This document shows, in pieces, positions 51,586 through 60,717 of a stretch of 64,000 nucleotides of DNA (its first letter is position 1; each line of letters starts with the position of its first letter). Location of the stretch: positions 15,980 through 79,979 of the IMG/VR virus record IMGVR_UViG_3300035152_000033; one strand, written 5' to 3'. The notes under the pieces were generated by a model. That model was not told where the DNA came from, did no database searches, and saw only the letters and a list, made by a program, of their open reading frames with translations. This DNA comes from a virus (lineage: Duplodnaviria; Caudoviricetes). Made by a program: the position numbers and the translations under genes.

Positions 51586-54087
51586 TTATAATTTCAAACC
51601 AGTAGTTAAAGCCTTACCACTAATAGACTTAGAATCTAAAGTTAATTTACAAGTACAAATCATTTGAAATTTAGATTCATCATCTAAACCTAAACTCGTA
51701 GTTATATTAATAGGTACCTCACCACCAGGAAAATCTATAATTACTTTATTTTGTCCAGGATAAGCAGCCATTAAATTTTTAATAGCGTTAGCCTCCACAG
51801 GATTTAATTCCTTAGGTATAACCACTTTTAAAATAACAGGAGATTTATTAATGGGTTTATTCTCACCAGAAACCACATTTAAATCAACTTTTTTATCTTC
51901 CTCAGGTTTTTTATCAGGATTATTTTTAGGCTTTAAATCATCAAAATAAGAGCCAAATCCAAAGTCATCTTTTCCAGTATCAAAATATTTTTCTATTCCT
52001 TCTCCCCAATCTAATAACTCACCATAAGACGGTCCAACTTGAAAATCCATTTTAATATGAGGAAAATTAGTAATAGGAATCTCACAAGCTTTACGCATAG
52101 CAGCCATTAATTTATTAACATCTACAGAGCGATGCACATATAAAGCAAAGGAGTCATGAGTAGTTAAGATAGGTTTAATCACATCATTAAACCGAGGACC
52201 AAAATCTTTTAAAAGAGTCTGTCCTAATCTATACATGGCAATACGCATAATATCTGCAGCGGTACCTTGAATTGTAATATTAAAAGCTTCACGCTCAGCC
52301 TTAAACCTTAATTTACTATTATCACTTCTAAACTCAGGCATATGAGCAATACGCCCAAAATGAGTAACTACATAACAATTTCTTTTTGCTCCATCAGTAA
52401 TATCTTTGATATGTTGAACTCCCTCAGGGATAGCCTGAAAATAGTTATTAACATATTTCTGACACTCCGCTTTTGGTATCCCAATTCTTTTAGAAATACC
52501 CATAGCCCTCATACCATACATAATACCAAAAGAAAAAGTTTTACCATCAGACCTTAATTTCTTTGTAACCTGAGCCTCTGGCACTTGGAAAATCATAGAA
52601 GCATTTTTAGTATGCATATCAACACCATGCCTATAACCTTCCAATAAAGCTCTGGACTGAGAACGTCCAGCAAATACCCTATACTCTACCTGAGAAAAGT
52701 CACCCTCTAAGACATAAAAATCCTTAGGAGGTACATAACACTTTCTCACATTACAGCTAATCTCATAATCCTCTCCATAAGGATTATAAACATCCCAACT
52801 GGCTTTCTTAGGCTGATTTTGCATATTAGGACTCTCACTGGCAAAACGACCACTAATAACATGAGCCGTAGCGTAAGAAGTATGAATCCTATTAGTAATA
52901 TTATTAATATACTCCTGCATACCATTAAAGAAATCCTCAGCATGTTTACGAATAGATCGCCAATAAAGAATATTCTTAACAATAGGATAATCTTTAGCCA
53001 TTGCCTCAAGCACAGAGGCCTTAGTTAATGGTTTACCAGTCTTAGGAGACCTTTCCTGAACTGGTAAACCCAATCGCTCAAATAAAATTTTACCGACTTG
53101 AGCAGAAGAACCCAAATCAAAAGTAATTTTAGCCCCCACTTTATCAGAAACAAACTCATAAATTAAAGTCTGTAATCTGACATTCTCCGAAGTTAAGGCT
53201 TTATATTGTCTTTTCATTTCTTCAATATTACACAGTACACCATTTAACTCCATCAACTTAACCAATGGGATTATACCTTGATCGACTTTTAATAAAAACA
53301 TATCTTTAACTTGAGGATATAATTTATTAAATAGTCTTAAGGTCATATCACAATCAGCACAACCGTATTGATAAGGACTAACCAAATCTCCACCAGGTAA
53401 AGGGATTTCTTCTCTTGGGTCCAAAGTCTCAAATCTGATAAGATTAGCTTTTTTAGCCTTAGCCTTTTTACCAGCACTTTTCTTATCAGGGTCAACCCCA
53501 AATAATTGCTCTATCTGAACCATTTGAATCCCTAACTCAGATAAGACTATCTTTTTAAGACTAGCCGTTGAGCTACCCGTTCCAATATTCATATAACGGC
53601 CTGTTAAATAGGCCATAGCCATAGTATCAAACTTAACAAAGCAATTAATACCAAGCTTTTTAAATAAGGTAGGTTGCCATTGAATACCCATTTCTTTATG
53701 GAAAACAGATAACCACAAATCAGTAGCATAGTTAGGATTATTCTTTATAAAATCATCTGTCAAGTAAGAAGCCCCTAGAAGAGTTTGATCAAACTTTCTA
53801 TTGTGAGCTATATAACAAATATTTTCATTTTCCAAACAAGGCTTTAAAAGTTCTAAAGCCTTATCATAATCAATATTTTTCCCTTTCTCATGATTAACAG
53901 GAATATACACCCCAGTTCCTTCTTGCCAGGACAAACCTATCCCAACTATATAATCATCATAAACAGACAAGCCGCTTGTTTCCAAGTCTATAGAACAAAC
54001 GGACACATCTTTTAAAACGTTTATTACTGCATTTAATTTCTCTTCCTCATCAATACACTGATAATTAACTCCCTGAAATAAAGGCAA
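51586..54087 (-). CDS. polA: Family A DNA polymerase with 3'-5' exonuclease and an extra C-terminal domain
   Basis: ExoI DLETSG, ExoII HNRKFD, ExoIII YGCAD; GRFASESPNMQNQP, motif A DFSQVEYR, motif B KTFSFGIMYG, motif C THDS. Confidence 0.95.
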   Translation of the reverse strand: MPLFQGVNYQCIDEEEKLNAVINVLKDVSVCSIDLETSGLSVYDDYIVGIGLSWQEGTGVYIPVNHEKGKNIDYDKALELLKPCLENENICYIAHNRKFDQTLLGASYLTDDFIKNNPNYATDLWLSVFHKEMGIQWQPTLFKKLGINCFVKFDTMAMAYLTGRYMNIGTGSSTASLKKIVLSELGIQMVQIEQLFGVDPDKKSAGKKAKAKKANLIRFETLDPREEIPLPGGDLVSPYQYGCADCDMTLRLFNKLYPQVKDMFLLKVDQGIIPLVKLMELNGVLCNIEEMKRQYKALTSENVRLQTLIYEFVSDKVGAKITFDLGSSAQVGKILFERLGLPVQERSPKTGKPLTKASVLEAMAKDYPIVKNILYWRSIRKHAEDFFNGMQEYINNITNRIHTSYATAHVISGRFASESPNMQNQPKKASWDVYNPYGEDYEISCNVRKCYVPPKDFYVLEGDFSQVEYRVFAGRSQSRALLEGYRHGVDMHTKNASMIFQVPEAQVTKKLRSDGKTFSFGIMYGMRAMGISKRIGIPKAECQKYVNNYFQAIPEGVQHIKDITDGAKRNCYVVTHFGRIAHMPEFRSDNSKLRFKAEREAFNITIQGTAADIMRIAMYRLGQTLLKDFGPRFNDVIKPILTTHDSFALYVHRSVDVNKLMAAMRKACEIPITNFPHIKMDFQVGPSYGELLDWGEGIEKYFDTGKDDFGFGSYFDDLKPKNNPDKKPEEDKKVDLNVVSGENKPINKSPVILKVVIPKELNPVEANAIKNLMAAYPGQNKVIIDFPGGEVPINITTSLGLDDESKFQMICTCKLTLDSKSISGKALTTGLKL

Positions 54088-54115
54088 AATAAAACAACTC
54101 CTTTCAATTTTAAAT

Positions 54116-54148
54116 ATTATACCTCAAAAATAAATTAAAAGCATGTAC
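54116..54148 (-). promoter_or_regulatory. Class II promoter (polA)
   Basis: GTACA-N22-TATAAT. Confidence 0.7.
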
Positions 54149-54485
54149 AATTTTATTTTTGCATAGCTTCTTTTTTACAATCCTCACATAAATCTTTTCC
54201 TGCAATATAGGACCTCTCAACCCTAGCATTACAATATTTACAAAGGATTTTATTACAAGATTCACATTTAACATATAAATCTTTAAAGTGCAGCCCTTCA
54301 CCACAAGAAGGGCAATACTTATCATATTCAATTTTTTTAGCCATAAATTCCCCCTAACCCATAAGAGAACCGCAACCACGACAAACCCATTTTTTAATAG
54401 ACTCATCCCAATCCCAGTCCCTCATTCTTAAACATTTAATACAATAATTAAATTTAACTGCCATAACTCCCTCCTTAAACGGTAA

Positions 54486-54505
54486 AACCCGCCTTTAAGC
54501 GGGTT
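54486..54505 (-). terminator. Intrinsic terminator
   Basis: AACCCGC-TTAAAG-GCGGGTT followed by TT. Confidence 0.75.
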
Positions 54506-54512
54506 CTTTAGA

Positions 54513-54869
54513 CTATATTTTTATTTCTTTATTAGCGATTTTCGCTAATTGATTACTATATTTTAAAAGTTTTACTCTTAAATTAGCTACTTCCATTCTA
54601 GTCAAGCCTCTTTTGCTTATAACTCTCTCAGCTATTTTAGTCATATATGGAGCGTCATAGGCTGAGAATCCAACTCCATTAGACTCGTTAGTATGCTTAT
54701 AAGCTTTCTCGTCGGCTGTTTGCAGTTTATATAAAGCCACAACACCTTTTAAGACTGCATTTGGATTTCTAAGAAGTAAATTTCTTATCATTTCACCTGA
54801 CCATACCTTACTAGTTTGGTCTTTCTTTAAAACCTTAACATCTTCCTTTAATAATGCAAATCTACTCAT
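54513..54869 (-). CDS. Early phage hypothetical protein
   Basis: LYKLQTADEK...NGVGFSAYDA...KYSNQL; has its own class I promoter and terminator. Confidence 0.7.
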   Translation of the reverse strand: MSRFALLKEDVKVLKKDQTSKVWSGEMIRNLLLRNPNAVLKGVVALYKLQTADEKAYKHTNESNGVGFSAYDAPYMTKIAERVISKRGLTRMEVANLRVKLLKYSNQLAKIANKEIKI

Positions 54870-54913
54870 AATCGAATCCTCCCAAAAAATTTAATAATTT
54901 ATCTTATGTTTAT

Positions 54914-54942
54914 ATAATACCATAGTCCTATACATATGTCAA
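54914..54942 (-). promoter_or_regulatory. Class I promoter
   Basis: TTGACATATGTATAG...TGG-TATTAT, leader ATAAGATAAATTA. Confidence 0.88.
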
Positions 54943-54961
54943 GGAAAACATAAATTTTATA

Positions 54962-55092
54962 AAAAAATAGGTAGAAACTTTTTAAGCTCCTACCACAATC
55001 TTTTAATTTCATATCATTATTTAAGGGAGTTCTACACTGAAATAATTCCAACATCCACCAACTAGATATCCTAAACTATTATCAGGTAAAAA
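54962..55092 (-). ncRNA. Candidate sRNA under a class II promoter
   Basis: TAACA-N22-TATAAT at 55099-55131; contains anti-SD CTCCCTTAAATA; terminator GGTAGGAGCTT/AAGTTTCTACC plus T-tract. Confidence 0.45.
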
Positions 55093-55202
55093 CATTATAT
55101 TATACCTACAAAAGAGTAAAATTTACTGTTATTTTAAAATAAACTTTAAATTATCATCATTACCCCCATGTATATATAAATTTATTTCCGCTCCTAACAG
55201 GT

Positions 55203-55235
55203 ATTATACCTCTAAAAGAATAAAGTTTAATGTTA
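55203..55235 (-). promoter_or_regulatory. Class II promoter
   Basis: TAACA-N22-TATAAT followed by ACCTGTTAGGAGC. Confidence 0.65.
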
Positions 55236-55562
55236 TTTTTTAATTTTTTTAAAATTATTTTTTAGTTTTTCTTCACAAACCTCGCAAACCACATATTGAT
55301 CCCACTCACCCAAATCTTTTTTATCTACAAAATCTTCGTTTGAAATATCCCTGACACAGTCATCACAGAAGAAATTTAAACATTTTTGACACTCATACAT
55401 ACAATCATTACAATACTCATTGCCACACTCATAACAAGTATCAATCTGATCCGTTGCACATTCTTCACAATAGCCTATCCCACAATCTCCACAATAACTA
55501 ACTACTCCTTCCTCTTCCATTTCATTAGTTAATTCTACATTACATTTTTCACAATAATTCAT
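55233..55562 (-). CDS. Cysteine-rich multi-CxxC protein
   Basis: Eight CxxC pairs in 109 aa. Confidence 0.65.
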   Translation of the reverse strand: MNYCEKCNVELTNEMEEEGVVSYCGDCGIGYCEECATDQIDTCYECGNEYCNDCMYECQKCLNFFCDDCVRDISNEDFVDKKDLGEWDQYVVCEVCEEKLKNNFKKIKK

Positions 55563-55574
55563 ATTTTCCTCCTA

Positions 55575-56222
55575 TTAAAAATAAATTTTACTTTTTAAAA
55601 AACTATTCCACAACTCAGACTTATATTTTAAATATAAATCATAAGGATCAACACCACCAGATAATAAAACATAGCCTAATCTAACACCTAAGTCAGCCTC
55701 TTTTAATTTAGAGATCACATTATCTTTAGCCCTCTGACCAGCTTTATCCCCATCAAAAATAAAGATTATAGTTTTAGCCCACCTTGCTATTAATTGAGCT
55801 TGATATTTAGTAGCAGCTACACCCATAGAAGAAACAGTATTATATAACCCAGACATCTGCATCCCTATAACATCTGTGAAGCCTTCTACTATAAAACACA
55901 CTCTAGATTTTGCTATATGAGGCATAGCTATATTAAGTCCATAAACATTTTTAGATTTCTCAAAACCTGGCCTGTTTAAAACCAAATATTTAATACCTTT
56001 ATCTAGAGATCGACTAGCAAAAGAAATGCATTCATTTTGCCAATTATATATAGGAAAAACAATTCTTTTATATAAAACCTCAAAACCTGTTAACTTTTGC
56101 TTACAATAACCCAAATTATAACAATCTAAAATATAATCATTCATGCCTCTACTTAATAAATAATTATAAGCCTCAGGTTGTCTCTTTAAAGTATATTTAA
56201 AATTATTGACCAGATTTTCCAT
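55575..56222 (-). CDS. DnaG-type primase catalytic core (TOPRIM), lacking the zinc finger
   Basis: YLLSRG, RIVFPI, FASR, KYL, IVEGFTDV, FDGDKAG, VDPYD. Confidence 0.9.
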   Translation of the reverse strand: MENLVNNFKYTLKRQPEAYNYLLSRGMNDYILDCYNLGYCKQKLTGFEVLYKRIVFPIYNWQNECISFASRSLDKGIKYLVLNRPGFEKSKNVYGLNIAMPHIAKSRVCFIVEGFTDVIGMQMSGLYNTVSSMGVAATKYQAQLIARWAKTIIFIFDGDKAGQRAKDNVISKLKEADLGVRLGYVLLSGGVDPYDLYLKYKSELWNSFLKSKIYF

Positions 56223-56366
56223 TTAGCTCCCTCCTTCTTTTTAAAGCTTCTCTTTCAATATCAGCCTGGACCACTTTATAATAACAGGCCTTACCATAAG
56301 CAAAACCTTTATAAAACTTCTCATTTCCTTCTTTTAAAAGTTTCTTACACCTCCAACATCTATGAA

Positions 56367-57293
56367 CTACCATAATATCAAGAACCTTTCCAAAGCTCCT
56401 ATAATATTTCCTTTTCTATAAGACACATCTAAATTAGCTAATAATTTTATTCTTCTTAGAATAGTCGCCTCAGACACTCCTTTGCACAAAAAGAATAGTT
56501 TATTGACTAAAAATAAAGGTACCCCAGATATAGAGGCTATATCTTTAAAGCCTCTATCATTACTTCTATATTTAATAATTAAAAGCATGTTAAGTAAATA
56601 ATACTCTATACCTGCTATAATCAAAGGTATATCTTTTTCTTGTATTAAAGACACCATATCTAAAGTATAAGTCCTCTCAAACAACTTATTAACAAAGTTA
56701 TCATTTATGCTTACATTAACAAACTCATCTACTAACTCCTTAGTAATTGTCTTACCCAGATAATTTAATTTTTCAATTTCATTTAAAATTTTAGATAGAT
56801 TACCTCCACAAGCAACATATAATGCGTTCCTTGCATCATGAGTAAAACTACCTTTCATAGCTATAAGCTCTAAAGTTTGCTCCAAACTCAGCTCTTTACA
56901 TTCTATGAATTTACCACTATCCCTCTTTTCTATAAAAGGTCTATATCGGTCCTCCTTAGTCTGAGGAAATACCTCATTTCCTACACAAATTAAACTAGTC
57001 TTTCTCATATGTGTTAAGTTAGTCCATTTAATAACAAAACTAAAATCTTTAATTTGATCGGCATTTTTAAGAAGAATCAATCTATTATTATTCCCATATT
57101 GCTTTAACTCAGTATCTATATTAACAATACTATCCTTAGCCCCATCTAATTTAATTAAACCTAAATCAGAAACATTACGACTAGCCATCTCAGCTTTTAA
57201 CACTTCATTAACTAAAAGCCTTTCTTTTCCACAAATGTATACAAGTCTTTTCCTCTCAGGAAATTTATTTAACCATTGTAAAAAATAAGCCAT
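56367..57293 (-). CDS. holA: Clamp-loader delta subunit
   Basis: VYICGKERLLV, RLILLKNAD, GGNLSKILNEIEKL...ITKELVDEFV, LANLDVSYRKG...ALERFLI. Confidence 0.8.
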   Translation of the reverse strand: MAYFLQWLNKFPERKRLVYICGKERLLVNEVLKAEMASRNVSDLGLIKLDGAKDSIVNIDTELKQYGNNNRLILLKNADQIKDFSFVIKWTNLTHMRKTSLICVGNEVFPQTKEDRYRPFIEKRDSGKFIECKELSLEQTLELIAMKGSFTHDARNALYVACGGNLSKILNEIEKLNYLGKTITKELVDEFVNVSINDNFVNKLFERTYTLDMVSLIQEKDIPLIIAGIEYYLLNMLLIIKYRSNDRGFKDIASISGVPLFLVNKLFFLCKGVSEATILRRIKLLANLDVSYRKGNIIGALERFLILW

Positions 57294-57297
57294 TAAT

Positions 57298-58089
57298 TCA
57301 CTTCCTCTCCTTACACCTAATACCTATATAAACCATTTTTAAAGAAACTTTTAAGGGTAAATCCAACCACTTTAAAACCTTATCTTTATCAAACAAAACC
57401 GTATTAGCCAGAATTAAATCATCTTTAGAAAATAAAAGTCTAGGACTTATATGCATTACTAAAGTATTTTCTACTAAAACCCTAAAATATTTTACCTCTT
57501 CCTCAGTCCAACTTTTAACAATCTCATATAACCTCTCTATCTTTCCATTACTCAATGTTGAGATATAATGCATAATATTATTTAATATTGTATCAGCCTT
57601 CATAAGCTCCTCTAATTTCCCAAAAGAACCACCAGCATAACAAGCCTTTCCAAAAGGCACTTTAACATTATATTTCTCCTCATATTTAACCATTAATTCA
57701 TATTCACTTAAAGGAGAAATATGAAGCACTTTACACCTAGATATAATAGTCTCAGGTACACCTAAATCAATATTCCCAGTTAGTATAAAACGACTTCTAT
57801 TAGGAGTCTCTTCCAAAACTTTTAATAAGGCTTGTGCTGCATTATTAGATATCCCATCTATATTCAGTATGACAATTTTATACTCTGAACCAAAAGGCCT
57901 CACATTAACAAACTTTATAATATCCCTTATTATATCTATAGTACATTTATTAACACTTTTAACATCATAGCTTTTTACATACTTTAAAGCTACTTTTAAA
58001 GCTATTTCAAATTTACCTATACCAGGAATACCAGACAATAAATAATTGCCTGGATTTTTAAACTCAGACAAAAATTCCTTATATCTCAT
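57298..58089 (-). CDS. holB: Clamp-loader delta-prime subunit
   Basis: YLLSGIPGIGK, IDIIRDI, AAQALLKVLEETP, TIISRC. Confidence 0.85.
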   Translation of the reverse strand: MRYKEFLSEFKNPGNYLLSGIPGIGKFEIALKVALKYVKSYDVKSVNKCTIDIIRDIIKFVNVRPFGSEYKIVILNIDGISNNAAQALLKVLEETPNRSRFILTGNIDLGVPETIISRCKVLHISPLSEYELMVKYEEKYNVKVPFGKACYAGGSFGKLEELMKADTILNNIMHYISTLSNGKIERLYEIVKSWTEEEVKYFRVLVENTLVMHISPRLLFSKDDLILANTVLFDKDKVLKWLDLPLKVSLKMVYIGIRCKERK

Positions 58090-58106
58090 AAAACCTCCTA
58101 TAAAAA

Positions 58107-58140
58107 AATAATGATAGAGATTTTAAACCCTATCATTATT
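58107..58140 (-). terminator. Intrinsic terminator after the sigma gene
   Basis: AATAATGATAG/CTATCATTATT followed by a T-tract. Confidence 0.7.
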
Positions 58141-58151
58141 TTATATTTATT

Positions 58152-58844
58152 TTAATAAGTAATTCCTAAGTCGTCTTTTAAAACGACTCTCAATTTATTT
58201 AGCATATAAGACACTCCCGTAGTAGAAATGCCCAAATCTTTAGCCAAAGAACTTAAATTCAAACCTGACTTAGTTTTAAATTCCCTTTGAGTTTTTCCAC
58301 CAGAAAAAACATGCTCCATAATTTTATCAAAGAATAAAGGAAAATTATTCCCTAAAGAAGTTACTTTTCTTTCTTTCAAACTTTCTTTTATATAATCTAC
58401 CAACTCTTTAAACTCTAGTTGGTAATTATCTGCCACAGCTCCCAAACTATCTATAAAGGTTGTGGTATTATCAGAATCGGAGATCAGTTTATTAGTAGAC
58501 AAACCCTCTGCCCAAAAAAGTCTTTTATAAGCATCTCTTTTACCGAGAAGCTTTTTATTAGTCCAACTATATAAAAACGTAGAAAATTTAACTTTTGACA
58601 TTTCACCTGTTTTTTTATTAAGAAACATTTTATCAGGGTCAAACTTATTTAAATAATCCCCCTCAAAAAAATCCGTCATTAATTCTTGTGTGACATCTTC
58701 TATGATGTCATCAGGGAAATATCCCTTATAATAGATATGAGTTCTAAGTTTAGGAAACCATATTTTATAGAAATCCGAATAATCTTTTGGAGCTACACCC
58801 AAAATATTCCTACTACTATTATCCTTATCTAGTCTTATTTTCAT
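58152..58844 (-). CDS. Phage sigma70-family factor
   Basis: Region 2-like EDVTQEL...KFDPDK...KFSTFLYSWTNKKL; region 4 HTH SLAKDLGISTTGVSYMLNKLR. Confidence 0.75.
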   Translation of the reverse strand: MKIRLDKDNSSRNILGVAPKDYSDFYKIWFPKLRTHIYYKGYFPDDIIEDVTQELMTDFFEGDYLNKFDPDKMFLNKKTGEMSKVKFSTFLYSWTNKKLLGKRDAYKRLFWAEGLSTNKLISDSDNTTTFIDSLGAVADNYQLEFKELVDYIKESLKERKVTSLGNNFPLFFDKIMEHVFSGGKTQREFKTKSGLNLSSLAKDLGISTTGVSYMLNKLRVVLKDDLGITY

Positions 58845-58880
58845 TTTTAAAATTCCCCCTTAAATATTTAATATAAACGT

Positions 58881-58909
58881 ATAATACCATAGCCCTATAC
58901 ATATGTCAA
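58881..58909 (-). promoter_or_regulatory. Class I promoter of the sigma gene (no TAAGATAAA leader)
   Basis: TTGACATATGTATAG...TGG-TATTAT. Confidence 0.85.
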
Positions 58910-58927
58910 GGAGATTTTAAAAATTTA

Positions 58928-59449
58928 TTACACTTCCTCAGCCTTACTCTTAGTTGGCCTACGTCTTTTTTTCTTGGGTAAAGTAATGCCACAATAACCT
59001 AAACAAGTTTTGCCTACAGTATAAATATTACCTGAATCATCCACAAGCTCATAACCATACTTACCTTTACCACCACAAATACATTTAAAAGGCTCCTCTT
59101 TAGGCTCAGGAGACACTAAAACTAAATTTTTATCTTCTATAAAAGCCTCTACCTTTTCTTTAGTTGTTATACGTTTTTTAGAACTTTTAGTTTTCACTTC
59201 TTTATCTTTTTTAGATTCTATCTCTTTAACCTCATCTACCTTTTTAAATTTCTTTCTATCCTCAGGTTTTATAGGCTTTCTTTTATTTTCCTTAGTCTCT
59301 TTTACAACCTTTTCAGATTTTTCAGTCTTTTTTATATTATCTTCCTTAGTCTCAGGAACAGGCTTTCTCTCTTTTGTAGGCTTTACTTTTTCTTCCTCTA
59401 TATCAGGTAAAAAAACTACATCTGTTAATCTTGATTGTTTTCTTGCCAT
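58928..59449 (-). CDS. Lys/Glu-rich protein with C-terminal zinc finger
   Basis: CICG...VGKTC; highly charged N-terminus. Confidence 0.6.
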   Translation of the reverse strand: MARKQSRLTDVVFLPDIEEEKVKPTKERKPVPETKEDNIKKTEKSEKVVKETKENKRKPIKPEDRKKFKKVDEVKEIESKKDKEVKTKSSKKRITTKEKVEAFIEDKNLVLVSPEPKEEPFKCICGGKGKYGYELVDDSGNIYTVGKTCLGYCGITLPKKKRRRPTKSKAEEV

Positions 59450-59473
59450 TAATATTCTCCTCTCATTTTTAAT

Positions 59474-60691
59474 TTAATCTATATCAAAAACACAAGAATC
59501 AGGACTCCTATCATCCCGCCACCTAAATAAAACGGCATGTCTATACCTATTATTTTTAGTCAATTCCTGCCCTTTTATCTCAATAACTTTATCTAAATAT
59601 TCCTCTTTTAAACTGCCATCCTCAGCGGTTAAGTTACGTCTTAACTCTAAAGACATTTGACTAACCGCCGCTATTTCATGTATATCTCCATTAGGCAAAT
59701 ACACACTAACTAATAAACTACCTACCATACCTTTAAAATTATTCTTACCTGGAATATATCCAGTTATAAAACCCTCAAAAGATTCAAACTTTTTAAGCTT
59801 CCACATATCTGCAGACTTTTTTCCAGAAGCATATTTGCCCACTATCTTTTTAAACATAAGACCCTCACCACCTTTAGCAGTAATAGTCTCAAAAGTTTTC
59901 TTTAAATCTTCGCAGACTTCCCCACAAACCCCATCTAAATATAAATCCTCTATAACCTCTTTTTTATCACTCATAGGCGTAGTTATTTTTAAATAAGGAT
60001 TATGATTTTGTAAAATAAGAAAAACTCCTTCTAACATTCGTCTCCTAACATACCAAGGAAAGTGCGTAATATCTCTACCCTTATACTTAAGTATGTCAAA
60101 AAGGTAATATTCACAAGGCCCATAAACTTCCTGTAATTTAATAGCCTTATCTACATCAGAACCAATAACCGCCATAGTAGTGGTCAAAGTACCTTTAGTT
60201 ATAGAACCTTTTTTTCCTTTAGGGTCTAATATTCTAGTATCAATACTATCAACAGGCATTAGAAATTCCCCATCTAAAACAGTATCATTAAATTCTCTTA
60301 AATCAGCTCTCCCGTTAAAATGAGGAAATTTATCAGTATTCTCAGTATACACATAAGTAACATCCGATCTGGCACGAGTATCAAAACGCCATTTACCATT
60401 TTGAATATGACCTTTCATTCTAACACCATCTAACTTTACCTCAGCAATCCAACCAGGATTATTCCAAAATCTTTTATTTAACTCCTCAGTGTCCCAAGGT
60501 TTTCCTTTAGAATAATCTAAAAACTTTTTTGCATCCTGAGCGGACATAGTAGCAATTTGATTTTTAATATAACCCTCAGGAGCTTTTACTACCATTAATT
60601 TATCCATTAACTCACTTATAGTCTCGTTACCAGTTATAGCAACTTTAAGCTCCTTAGCTTCCTTTAATAAATATTCTTTATTTCTTGCCAT
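59474..60691 (-). CDS. ATP-dependent DNA ligase
   Basis: EVKLDGVR, VLDGEF, LFDIL, GEGLMFK, WKLK, RWRDDR. Confidence 0.95.
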   Translation of the reverse strand: MARNKEYLLKEAKELKVAITGNETISELMDKLMVVKAPEGYIKNQIATMSAQDAKKFLDYSKGKPWDTEELNKRFWNNPGWIAEVKLDGVRMKGHIQNGKWRFDTRARSDVTYVYTENTDKFPHFNGRADLREFNDTVLDGEFLMPVDSIDTRILDPKGKKGSITKGTLTTTMAVIGSDVDKAIKLQEVYGPCEYYLFDILKYKGRDITHFPWYVRRRMLEGVFLILQNHNPYLKITTPMSDKKEVIEDLYLDGVCGEVCEDLKKTFETITAKGGEGLMFKKIVGKYASGKKSADMWKLKKFESFEGFITGYIPGKNNFKGMVGSLLVSVYLPNGDIHEIAAVSQMSLELRRNLTAEDGSLKEEYLDKVIEIKGQELTKNNRYRHAVLFRWRDDRSPDSCVFDID

Positions 60692-60717
60692 AAAGCACCT
60701 CCATTTTTTTATTAGAT

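Noticed and set aside
7442-58909. CRISPR array or transposon ends from the repeated TTGACATATGTCAA
   Set aside because: Copies are dispersed over kilobases, each sits exactly at a -35 position, and no regular spacers or transposase are present.
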